Source of the DNA: Epithemia pelagica
Lineage: Eukaryota; Protista; Bacillariophyta
Assembly (NCBI GenBank): GCA_946965045.2
Contig: OX337232.1
Location: forward strand, 186,001-250,000
Length of the DNA: 64,000 nt
Reading direction: 5' to 3'
Shown here piece after piece: positions 1 to 10,900 of this stretch. How positions within the stretch are numbered: position 1 is the stretch's first letter; every line of letters begins with the position of its first letter. The notes under the pieces were generated by a model. The model was not told the DNA's origin. It was given only the letters and a program-made list of their open reading frames with translations, and did not search any database. Made by a program: the position numbers and the translations under genes.

Positions 1-964
1 CGGTTGTCTCGCAATCCTTGATTGGTCCATCGAAATCTTCCAGCCGAGGAGTCAAAGACGTTGATGCTCCTGTATCAATCACTACAGGAAGGTCGGCATC
101 ATCGGCTGCATTGAGATAGACTGACATGCGTTGCTGCAGCAAAGGTGGCAGTGATCCTTGTTTGACTTGGGAAGGCACAGCACCAGTCAGCTTGGCAGCA
201 GCAATCATTGCTTTCTGCATGCGTTTCTTTGGTGCATGACTTTTGGAGAAAGGTGACCCACTCAGTACCCGTATAGCGTGGAACTGGGCTAGAGGATCTG
301 GACCTTTTCTTGGCCAAGGCTTGAAGATGGCATCTTCCAGCTCCTCCATCGTTCCAAACCAACGAGAAAGTCGCTCTGATGTTCGATCTGGCGGCTCCTC
401 TTGTTGTATTGTCCACGTTGTAGGGACATAGATTCCTTGGAAGTTAAACTCATAGCTATCCGTTGCACTTCTTCGTGGTATGGTAGCTTTCTTGTGTTTC
501 GGTTTCTTGCCTCGCCTTGCGCGTCGTCTTGGAAGGCGCGCTCTGGCTTTGGTAAAGGGAGTCCGTTGAATATCAATCGTACCAGCCCATGTAACCGTCG
601 AATCCGTTACGACGTTAAAGGCCATACTCTGTGTGGTAAAGCGCCGTCGTACGTGATAAATCCGAGTCTTGCGACGTCGTCGTATCTGGTTGGGACCAAA
701 CATCGCACGCGAAAAAGGGTTGCGTCCACGTGCACCTCCCTCTCGCAAACAGATGGAGACGAAAGACGCACAAGCGAACGGACAAAGGGGGCAATACTGT
801 GACTCAAAGGACAAGGCCCAGTGCATCATGGAACGAAAACACAAAACGAGGATCACAGAAAAAGAAAACAACAACCAAACTGAGGTTACCCAGGTATCCC
901 TCCTGGGAAGAGAGGTTTGAGGGAAAGGGTGGCCTGCATCGACACGAGGTCGACGGCCACGCCA
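1..964 (-). CDS. pol: Pol N-terminal part (aspartic protease), partial; same frame as gag after one TGA
   Basis: Manual translation from 964 to the window edge shows no stop codon. LPVVIDTGAS is present, with DTGAS at 76-62. The ORF is missing from the track because it runs off the window. Confidence 0.85.
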
Positions 965-2503
965 TCAAGATAAGTTCTGCACCTGGGTCATTAAAGACTC
1001 AAGGGTGCGCTCAAGAACGCGACGAGACTGAGCGTGGGTCGTCGCAGCAGAGCCAGTGGCAGCAACATTGGCAGTGGCACCAGCAAACCGCACTGGGGAG
1101 GTCGAGGTCGAAGAGTCGGTTGCTGGAGCGGCTTGATCATTGGCAACATTGCCTTGAGGCTTGTTCCAACGTTTGGTAGTGGCATCCCAGTGCATGGTTT
1201 TGCCATCAATGATGCGCTTGCCATTCTCGTCGGACGAAGGAGGGCGCCACTTGTTAGAGCTACGGTTACGATCGCCATTGCCGTTGCCAGCGCTGGCCTT
1301 CTTCTTGGCCTGATATTTTTGACGATTGGCCTCAATGAGGGCTTCGTTCTTTGGTTTGGGGCAGTCCTTGATGGTATGTTCCCCACCACAGTTCCAACAG
1401 ACGGGCTTCCATTTCCGAGAACCGCCTGAATCAGCCGTGAGGCCACCAGCCGTGAATGTAGAGGGGCTTCCCCGTGTCTTGCTCCCCGTCCAATCGTTGG
1501 AGCGACAAAGGGAGAGATATTCTTGCTCGGCTAGATCCAACAAGGCTTCAACAGAGGGGATCTGGAACTGTGCTTGGGTAGATGGCGTAGAGCGAGTCAA
1601 GGCGCCAGCAATGCGTGCTTGGCTCTCAATTAGCTCAAACACTTTATTAAACTGATCCACGGAACTAGTCTGTAAGACCTTTAGAACCGTTTTAGAGAAA
1701 TCATCGGGAACATTCGAAATTGCCTCCAATCGTTCGTGAGCACCGAGGATGAGGCTTACGATCTTAGAAACATTCTCCCCACGGACTTTAGAAATCTTAA
1801 GATTTTCAACTGTGTCTACAAGATTCTTCGTTGCTTGTTCGGTGTGGGTCACGAGAAGCTTCATCATGATCACAAAAAGTAAAGGACCACCTTGCTGTTC
1901 GGTCTTGTAACGTTTGTACCGTTCATAGACCTTGGTCCAAAGGGAATTCTTCATGCTGGCCTCAAGTTGCTTCGCGGTTAACATTAAGTTTTCACGATAC
2001 CAAGACTTACTCGGCCATGTGGAATACCACTCGTTACTGGCAGCGACTTCTTCTTCTGAGAGATCTGCATAGAACAGATATAAATCCTTGGGTGTCGTAT
2101 TCGTCTTGAGGTTCGGTCCTGTTCCATCAGGTACAACAATAGTAAACACATCATGCATGTCGTACGTAATATGTTGGCTCTTCAGACGAGACACCAAAAG
2201 ATTCAAATTGTAACACTCCTCCAGCTGTTTCACGTCTGTGATGTTAGCTGATAGGAGATCAAACTTGGCAGGGGTTGAAGTAGCAGCCTTCGAGAAGAGT
2301 TCCTGGCGCTTCTCTGCACCCATCCCTTCTCGGTCTTCTTTCTTGAACAGGGCTGTCTCCACATCTTCAGACCGTGTGGCACTTGTGTTCACTTCAACCT
2401 CTTCTCCGTTAATAATTACTTTATTACTCATCGTTTCGATACTACTTAAACTTGAGTCTTCAGAGGACGACCAACCTGGTATTCTCGTGGAACCGGAATC
2501 CAA
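965..2503 (-). CDS. gag: Retrotransposon Gag, 512 aa
   Basis: CX2CX4HX4C knuckle CWNCGGEHTIKDC; lies between the PBS and the protease frame. Confidence 0.9.
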   Translation of the reverse strand: MDSGSTRIPGWSSSEDSSLSSIETMSNKVIINGEEVEVNTSATRSEDVETALFKKEDREGMGAEKRQELFSKAATSTPAKFDLLSANITDVKQLEECYNLNLLVSRLKSQHITYDMHDVFTIVVPDGTGPNLKTNTTPKDLYLFYADLSEEEVAASNEWYSTWPSKSWYRENLMLTAKQLEASMKNSLWTKVYERYKRYKTEQQGGPLLFVIMMKLLVTHTEQATKNLVDTVENLKISKVRGENVSKIVSLILGAHERLEAISNVPDDFSKTVLKVLQTSSVDQFNKVFELIESQARIAGALTRSTPSTQAQFQIPSVEALLDLAEQEYLSLCRSNDWTGSKTRGSPSTFTAGGLTADSGGSRKWKPVCWNCGGEHTIKDCPKPKNEALIEANRQKYQAKKKASAGNGNGDRNRSSNKWRPPSSDENGKRIIDGKTMHWDATTKRWNKPQGNVANDQAAPATDSSTSTSPVRFAGATANVAATGSAATTHAQSRRVLERTLESLMTQVQNLS

Positions 2504-2747
2504 GCTTGAGTCTTCAGCAGCTGCTCCTACTCTGAGAAAGTCAGCTATCCTTTCAATTCACTGGAAAATCGCAACGAAACCACCTGGTTCTTGCTTCTTC
2601 GACGCACCACCGTTCTTTAAACGGGCTATCGAAACTGGTAGGTCTTGGGGACTTCAACGGCCGCTTGTACGGATTTCCTCAACGTCAAACGCTTGAACTG
2701 GTCCACCAAATCGTTATGGTCTTTTCGCAACAGGCTTCAATGCGTGA

Positions 2748-2764
2748 TGCTTGGGCTCATAACC
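2748..2764 (-). other. Primer-binding site complementary to the 5' half of initiator tRNA-Met
   Basis: Minus strand GGTTATGAGCCCAAGCA directly follows the LTR end. It complements the GGGCTCATAACC anticodon arm, the type of site used by Drosophila copia and yeast Ty5. Confidence 0.8.
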
Positions 2765-2933
2765 TGAAAAGGGTATGTATTCGTAAAATTATGATAGAAG
2801 ATTACCTAGTTCGTACGTTCCTAAAAGATATGCAAGTAGTGCGTCATCCAGAGTGTGAGGCTGGTTGGGCAAGGTGACGTCGACCCTATACGTCAGCCCT
2901 ATGGCTAGTCTCCATTAGGTCGCGCCCTTTTCA
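2765..2933 (-). repeat. 5' LTR, 169 bp
   Basis: TG...CA termini with a 9-bp inverted repeat, TGAAAAGGG (2765) and CCCTTTTCA (2925-2933), abutting the PBS. No second LTR in the window to confirm it. Confidence 0.75.
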
Positions 2934-4008
2934 GGCGATGGAGAGGTGCACCAGGCATCGGCTGTAACTGCTCGCCGACGAACTCGAGATGGGTTGTACT
3001 CAATTGGTGCCAATGGCCAGTGTCAAGGACAGTCGCATTGTCTGTGACCACAAAACGTCCAGCCTGTACCAAAAGGGTTTACGGATTGGGTAGTTTGTGG
3101 TGACATTGTCCATTTCGTCGGTCATGTCATGCTGCCACCTAATCTTTCCACTTTTGGTAAGAAGGGGGACTGCCCAGTCCTTCTTGTTGTTAAACTTTCC
3201 TGAACTGTTTGTCTGATCATGAATCTACTCTCAAAGGTTTTCTTGACATTGTGGGAATGCCTCTGCGACAATGCCACTGGTGCATGATGCAATGTCTCCA
3301 GTGCAAGGATTGACTCGACTGCACCTGGAACAGTGTTGACTTGCCAAACAGAGCCGGCTCAATCGTCAAGCAGGCGCATTAGCGTCTCTTTTTTTGGAGG
3401 CGACACTTAGTTCTTCTTGTTTCTGACGTGTACGTTCGCACTCGACTTAACATCGGACGGGCTTTATCTTTAGAGTATATAGCAGTGATTGCATGCCGGA
3501 AACCCCCATTCCATCATGCTGCGTCGCTCGCTTCAAGGCCTAGATTTGTAAGAGCGGACTGGTGCGCTGTGCTCTCATTGTCTCTGATTGGTGCGAGTTC
3601 TTTGAATACTCATGATGTGATCTGTTCACGCCGTAGAAGGCACCGATGGCGTATCGTCATGGTTTGAGTCCTCTACCTATCCGTAGCTTCTTCAGACCCA
3701 CCGAGAAATGTTTGCGCGACCAACCAGAACGCCAGCCAATTTCCCATACGAGACCTCCCGTGTGGCGCAGTCGCAAAGGCGACATGATTTTCTATGTGCG
3801 CAGGATGCTATAATGGATCTACTCCTACAGCATAGGAGTTGTTTCTAGAGGAGTATCTAAATAATAGGAGTAATGTATTCTTTCCATGGACAAGAGCGCA
3901 AAACAATCAGTGCAAGAATTCCACAGTTTGACCAACTTGGACACTGCCCTTGCTCTTGATACAAAGCACAGATCCCCATTCATAAACTGGCGACCATCGG
4001 TTGCTTGC

Positions 4009-4547
4009 TTAGTCATACAAGCAGATTTCAAAGATCCCTGGGGAATGACCTTAATGCTGACCTCTCCCGTCACCCCCTTGAAATATCCAGTTCCACCCGT
4101 CACAGAATTGATGTCGGAGAGCGGTTGGTAGTCTCCGGCAATCGTAATCTTGCCCTTGTTGTAAAACACATAGGTCCCGATACATTGAAAGACTGGACCC
4201 TCAGCGGGAGTGGAGAGGACTGTGCAGACTCCCCTGGATCGTCCAATTTCGGGACCCTCCCTCATCTCCGTGTAGGGATTGTAGTAAAACAAGGGATCGT
4301 CAAAAATGGTTCGATCCCCTGGCACAACGCTGGTCTCCGATTCCCAATCCCGAGTCACTCCACTGGAAATGGAGGCCACCAAAATTGTATTGTCGGCCTT
4401 CTTGCTTCCCTTCTTGCTCTTTTTCTTATAGCTGCCGCGTTTACCAAGGTTACGCCCTTCATCTTGAGCCGCCTGGGAGAGTTCGATCAGCCATGTCAGG
4501 CAGAGGGTAAGGAGGAAGAATGCAGTTTTCGTGTTCGTCTTCATCAT
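4009..4547 (-). CDS. Secreted dirigent/allene-oxide-cyclase-barrel-like protein, paralog 1, with an apparent 1-nt frameshift near the C-terminus
   Basis: Signal peptide, RNL plus a Lys cluster, then GDRTIFDDPL, GRSRGVCT and VTGGTGYFKGVTGEV. The paralog-like ending IFEICLYD* (TAA 4011-4009) is in a shifted frame. Confidence 0.7.
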
Positions 4548-5195
4548 GTTGGATCTTTGTATGGATATAGGAACGAGGAACGTTGAACCTTTGTTGAATT
4601 TGGATTTGGACAAACTATGACCGTATTGGAATTATGAATTATTTTATTTGGGTTCGCCGACCGCGAACTCCAGAAAAACGCCTCTCGCAGGCTCACGTGC
4701 CAATATTTAAAAGAATACGTTGTGTGACTGAGTGTGACCACAAACCGCAACTTTTTACTCCAACGTCGAGCGGCCTGGAGGGCGTGACCATGACCATGGT
4801 CGTTGTTGTTCGCGCCGGTCTGTCGCAACGGCTGGGTATTGTGGGCCGGCGGCCCGCAACTGGTTGCGCATGCGACTCGAATGGTATCTTGTATCTTTGA
4901 ACCTTTTTTCCAACCCGAAGAAGTAGCGACACTGTGGTTCAATTCCCCTCTAGCTAGAGCGCAATGGTCAATGGATCTCCTCCATACTCCTACAGTTTCT
5001 AGATCTTCAATCTTCATGCATAACATCTACCTAACTCATGATTATTGATTATTTTTTCTCTCCACTGACTACTACTGAGCAACAACAATCAGAGTGTCAC
5101 CTGAATACAGTTTGTCCAACTTGGACGAAACAAACACTGCACCTCCTGCTCTGGATTCAACCATTCCTGTACACGGACGCCTACGTACGTAGTCC

Positions 5196-5744
5196 TTAAT
5201 AATCATCCAAGGAGATTTCAAAGACATTAATGGGTCGATCGATGCAACCCGTAATCTTGACCTCTCCGGTCGCACCCTTGAAGTGTCCCGTGCCACCCGT
5301 CACGGAATTGGTGTCGACAAACGGCTGGTAGTCTCCGACAATGGTAATCTTGCCCACGTCGTAAAAGACAAAGGTTCCGACACATTGAAAGACGGGAGCA
5401 GTCATGGCATTGGGAGGAGCGGCCAAGGCGGTGCAGACGCCGCGGGATCGTCCAATTTCGGGACCCTCCATCATCTCCGTGTAGGGATTGTAATAGTACA
5501 AGGGATCGTCAAAAATGGTACGATCCCCTGCCCCCACGTTGGGGGGATTGGCCCAATCACGAGTTTGTCCTTGAATCTCGGAGGCCACGATAATTGTGTT
5601 GTCGGCCTTCTTCTTGCTTCCCTTCTTGCTCTTTTTGCCTTTCCCAAGATTACGTCCTTGTTCTTGAGCCGCCGCCTGGGAGAGTTCAATCATCCCAGTC
5701 AGGCAGAGGAGAGAAAGGAGGAACAATGCAGTATTCGTCTTCAT
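5196..5744 (-). CDS. Secreted dirigent/AOC-barrel-like protein, paralog 2, 182 aa
   Basis: Signal peptide, RNLGKGKKSKKGSKKK, GDRTIFDDPLY, GRSRGVCT and VTGGTGHFKGATGEV. High similarity to 4009-4547, extending into the flanks. Confidence 0.8.
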   Translation of the reverse strand: MKTNTALFLLSLLCLTGMIELSQAAAQEQGRNLGKGKKSKKGSKKKADNTIIVASEIQGQTRDWANPPNVGAGDRTIFDDPLYYYNPYTEMMEGPEIGRSRGVCTALAAPPNAMTAPVFQCVGTFVFYDVGKITIVGDYQPFVDTNSVTGGTGHFKGATGEVKITGCIDRPINVFEISLDDY

Positions 5745-7937
5745 GATGCTGCTGATGATGATGGGATCTAGGTAGGAGTAATCGTATCCTTGTTACTTGT
5801 TAGGGGTTTGCCAAAACTAGGACCGAATTTTTTGTGGTCTTGATTCTTGATGATACATGATACCAAACCGAGTTCGGCACTGGAAAATGGTGGAAAACAC
5901 CTTCAGTCTTGCGTGCCCGAAGAATACAACACGTTAAATGCCGGCCGTTGTCCGCGCCTGTCCATTGCAGCCGCTGTTGAATTATTATTTCGAGTTCCTT
6001 GGTTGGCGCAACTTGTACTTGGAATTAACCGCAACACGAATACATATGATTCAAAATTCAAAGTCGTTAATTATTGTGGTTCGAATTCCACCGGCCAGGA
6101 TGGCGCGAGTCGCGAGGTCTCCGGCCGTTGTCCACGCCCGTCGGTCGGAACCGATGCCAGAGAACGGAAATACTGGAGTGGAGACTGGACACTGGACACA
6201 CTCTGAAAATGAACTTCCTTCCTGTTGCTGTTCGACAACTTCAACGATGGTTTGTGTGGATCGTACCTTACACAATGAGTGACAAGAGCATTAGACCAAG
6301 AGGCAGCAGTCCAAGGCCTTTATGTGTTGATCTCTAAGGCGCCTGCCTTGATTGGAAAGGGTTGACTGTCTCTATTCGCCCTGTCCATGTCGGCTCCTGG
6401 AATCACTCAGCATTGTCGAAAAATTCGTGTCCCAATATCCAGATGTTGCCATGCCATGAAAGCATGTCCACGTGGAGCAATGGGCCAGAGGGCAATCCTA
6501 GTCTCCTTTCTCTATACCCCTCATCCAGCGGAATGCAAGGCGACAACGACAGGTTGAGGACCACCTTTTTTTTGGAAACGACTGCTCCAACCCAAGTCAG
6601 TCTTCTTTCTTCGGAAAACGACTCGAAGGTATGACAGAATATGCCCATGTTTTTCTGGAATGCTACTTCCACTTGCTTGGTCTTCTCGAAATGGACGACC
6701 CAGGAGTGCCCATGCCAGGTGCACCTCTCCGGATCACCCTTCCCCACAAACTCGGCAACGGCTGCTTGGCTCGAAACGACATGCCTCCTCCTGGAGGAAT
6801 CGAGTGCCCTTGTATTGCACCTCTGGTGGGTGACAAGATCCAGACTGGTCACTATTGCATGTGTGTGGGACTTTGCAATCTCACTTTCTCTTGGTGCACG
6901 TGTCGTAGTAAAGTATCCTCTCTAGATTGATGCAGCACTCGATGGATGGATGAATGGAAACAATGGTTCCTAACTTTGGAAGGAACGAACCGGACTGGCT
7001 TTGGAACACCAAGAAAATGACGAGAGAATCCAACGGTGTTGTTGGGACGGGAACAAACACTGGAATCTCCACCCCGGCATTGTTTTGTTTGGCTTTTACG
7101 AAACCCCATGGAATGCAGTGTGTGCCTGTCCACCAGGACCACAATCGTTGTCTCTCTCTCACCGTTTCTGGAATTGAAAAATGTCCACAACACAGGGCAG
7201 TTTCGTTGGGACCAAGTGCTCCCTATCAATCATGGTGTTGGCTCCAAGGTCGTGGAAAAAAGATGGGGATCGTAGCATTCCTAGCTCGTCTGTCCGCCCA
7301 CCCAGTCACGAGTGTCTATGGCAACCTGCAACGACTCTCCTTTTGCTACTCCATCGGCTATGGTCTGGACGAGAATAATGAGACAGGCGGATGCGAGAAG
7401 AGGGATCCGACCATGTGAATGTGAGATTCCACACACACACAAACCCATTTTTTGCAACACAAGGAAACGGACACACGCACTCTCTCTCTCATTTTTTTGG
7501 CTCGAGACCATTTTGAAATCCAGGCAACCAGCAGTCCCGCAGCATTGTCAACGAACCAATACTTTTGCAACCACAACCACGACGACAAGTCTCCACCATT
7601 CATCTTCACAAAGCTTGTTGTGGTTCGATTGATTCGCACCACTGCTCCAGACTGGAACGAGCATCGTGGCTGCCACCTTCTTTGGTATATAATAGTAGTA
7701 CGAGTGGTACGTACCGTCGCACACAATCCTTGCCGAACCATACCACAACGACTGGAGTATACCGTGTGGTCACGTTGTGTGGTTCGTTGTTGGTGTCGTG
7801 AAATGGTGGGACTCCTCACACCGTCATTTCTTCTTTGTTTGATACCACAGCACAGAAAGAGAGTCGTCCTTGGCTGATCGAATCGGAACCGAAACAACAG
7901 CAGCAACTCCCCAACAAACAAGAACAAGAGGAGGAGG

Positions 7938-10900
7938 ATGGAATCCCGACAACGACCACAAGAACCGCAGCACGACTCCCTTCTTTGGGACACCACGACG
8001 ACGAGTCGTCGTCGTACGACCAGTCCTGCGAGGCGAACCAGCCACCGGATCCACACCACAGCCCCAATCGCAGCGGTCGGTACGGCTTGCAACGCAGTCC
8101 CGTTCTGGCGGATCCACACAAAAGAAGAGAAGGAGGAGAAGGAGACTGTCCTTTGGATTCCCAACTACAAGAAAACGGACCAGGAGGAATCGAACCAGTC
8201 CCCGAACGACGACGACTACGACAAGACCAAGAAGGACCAAGAGGAGTACCGCCACAAGGGAATCCCGAATGGCTCGTGGCTGCTGGGCGTGGGAATCATG
8301 GTCATTGTCATGGTTCTGGGAGGATTCCAGCCGCAGGGACTCGTTGCCAAGAAGGAGCAAACCGACCAACAAGGCTCTTTGGCTACCTTGAACCAGTACG
8401 TTCCCTTTGGATCTCGTCGACAAGCCGAGCTCCCGGCTCCACTCCAGGCTATGTACCGCCAAGACCAAAAGACGACGACGACTCGTCGTTCGAGTAATAG
8501 TAGTAGTTCTACCAATCGCTCGAAAATGAAGGATGATGAGAATGAGACTACAACGACGGCTGGTGGTGCTTGGTTTCGGAGCGATTACAATTTGGTCCAT
8601 GTCCTGCATACCGAATTGTGGTCGCACAGTCCTTCTTCCAAGACGACTCGACGACAGCGACAAGATCAAGATTTGCCTGCTTTTGCTTCGTCTCATGCCT
8701 TGGATCGGGCGCGATTGGACTTGTTGCAAACCTTTACCATTCCCAGTTTGATGCAGCAAGACAATCAACAATATTTGTGGATGATTTGGATTGTCGGGGA
8801 CAAGAATCCAGCAGCCAATCCGGAATTGTGGCACGAATTGTTCCAGTCCCTCCAACGTGTGCCCCAAGCCATTGTCGTGCAAGTGTCGACGTCGTCATTC
8901 AACCGTCATGGTCGTTTGCCCTACAAGACTGAAACCATTCGAACGGCGTATGGCGGTGGTGGAAATTCGCAACCACAGCATCACCATCCCTTTTCGCAAC
9001 GTCCCACCTGGACTCTCTGGCGTCCATCGACCCTGACCAACCTCGAGAGCCTGGTTCTTGTTACACCAAAACAAAAGGACGATTGGGCCTGGAATCCCCT
9101 CGAGCCGCCCACAACGGGAGAAATGTGGGGAGACAACGAATCGTCCTCGTTGGTTCATCAGGCCAATCACGTTGAGGCCTGGTCCCTGTTCCTAGACTAT
9201 GTGCAAGCCTCGCAAACGCGTGTGGCGCTCGATACCTGGTTGGAAGCCGACGATGCCCTGTCGTTTGATTTTGTCGAAACGGTGCAAGCCGAAGTGGCGT
9301 ACACGTATCAAGATTCCCACAAGGATTCGGATGCTGCGAAACAAGAGCAGGATAAGAATGGTGACAAGGACAAGGAGGAGAACGACCCAGTGCCCTCCTC
9401 CTCCTCCTCAGGGATGCAAGTGTATTGTCCGGAATTTCATGCCGAATGGCGGTACTTTGGCGCGTCGTCTCCTCCACCCTCTCATGGTCGTCGTCGTAAC
9501 CAGCCCAACGTTGGTGAGGCAGCCACCGACTCCCCAGAAACCAACGACAGGAACAACAACAAGAAGGGCCGTTCGGACTATAATGATAATAATGAGTTGG
9601 GACAATTGGTTCATGTCCACAATCGTCGATTTTGCATTGCGTCTGGTTTGACCGTGGCTCATCCCCTTCCTTCTCCTTCTTCTCCTTCTTCTCTGGAGGA
9701 CGACGGTCCGGACGAGGAGCAAACTCGTGGATCCTCCAAACGACAACGACGACGACTCCAACAACGACGACCACGACACTTGTCACCCTGCAACGAAGCC
9801 CAACACCATGACGATTGTCAAGATCGAGACCGTTCGTCTAGCACCATCGGTCATGTGCTCACCATGTATCGTGGCAAGGGAAAGGGAGGAAAAGGAAAGG
9901 GAGGAAAAGGAGAGGGCGGATCCAAAAAGTATTGTGACGACAAGAACGAAACGGAGAAATCTAGCAAACAATCAAAATCCAAGAGCAAGGCGAGCACCAA
10001 ACCAAACGAAGCCAAGAGTCAAAAGGGCGAGGACCACAAGTCGTCGTCGTTGTCGTCTTTGGAGGCAACCAAAAAGAAGAAATTGTCCTTGTTGCGGGCC
10101 TCCCCTGCCTTGTTTCAGCCACAAGAGGTCCAGTCGCAATCGCAAGAAGACGAGTTGCTATCATCCTCGACCGACATGTTTGAAACTTCCTCGTCGTCGG
10201 CGTCTTTTCTTTGGAATCTCTTTGACGTGTCGGACTCAAAAAAGAAGAAGAACAAGAAGAACAAGAAGAACAAGAAACCCAAACAGCCAAAGGATCGACA
10301 ATTACTTCTCGCCGGATACCACAATGTGACTCGAAGCATCAAGCACAAAACGACGAACAAGAGCAGCAGCAGCAAAATGTCCAAACAAGAGCCGTCTTCC
10401 TGCAAGAACAAGAAGAAGGAAAAGTTGTCGTGGATTCCCACGGGTACCGCCACCTTGATGACGAATCGTAGTGGTCCCTTGTATTACAATGCCGCCAATT
10501 ATTCGGCAACCTGTCCCCGTGGATCCTATTATTGTCGGGGTGCATCGTCTTCCTTCCACGACGAGGATGACGATCCGGACACGTGGTTTGCCGACAAGGA
10601 ATTGATCAATCATCAAGACTTGATGCATGCCACCAATAGCAGCAATTCGTCGAATCCTGGACCGTGCGCCGTGTCCGTGGTGTGTCGTCCAACGCGGGTC
10701 GACACCGACGACTGTCAGTCGGAGGAAGATGACCATGTGGTGTGGTTCAATCTCCATCTGGTCCATCCATCTGGAACCCAGGTCTACGACTTTGACGTCG
10801 AATATGTCGGAACCCAAGCCTTTGCCGACTTTGTAGCCTACATGAAACGCCAAATGAATGGTGATTCGTGTCCTCTCCGTGACGACGACGACGACGACAT

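Larger units (their letters stand above)
1..2933 (-). mobile_element. Ty1/copia (diatom CoDi-like) LTR retrotransposon, 5' part; continues off the window start
   Basis: On the minus strand: LTR 2933-2765, then PBS, gag with a zinc knuckle, then an open frame containing the aspartic protease motif. The 3' end and TSD lie outside the window. Confidence 0.92.

Noticed and set aside
2940-3800. Extension of the copia LTR or a separate element
   Set aside because: The LTR is already closed by its inverted termini at 2933, and no coding or terminal motif was supportable beyond it.
3825-4613. 262-aa ORF as the true product of dirigent paralog 1
   Set aside because: The TTG-start extension precedes the signal peptide, and the tail comes from the frameshift.
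6403-7418. Possible gene or TE relic (ORFs 6403-6852 and 6954-7418)
   Set aside because: No recognisable motif or consistent exon structure could be supported.
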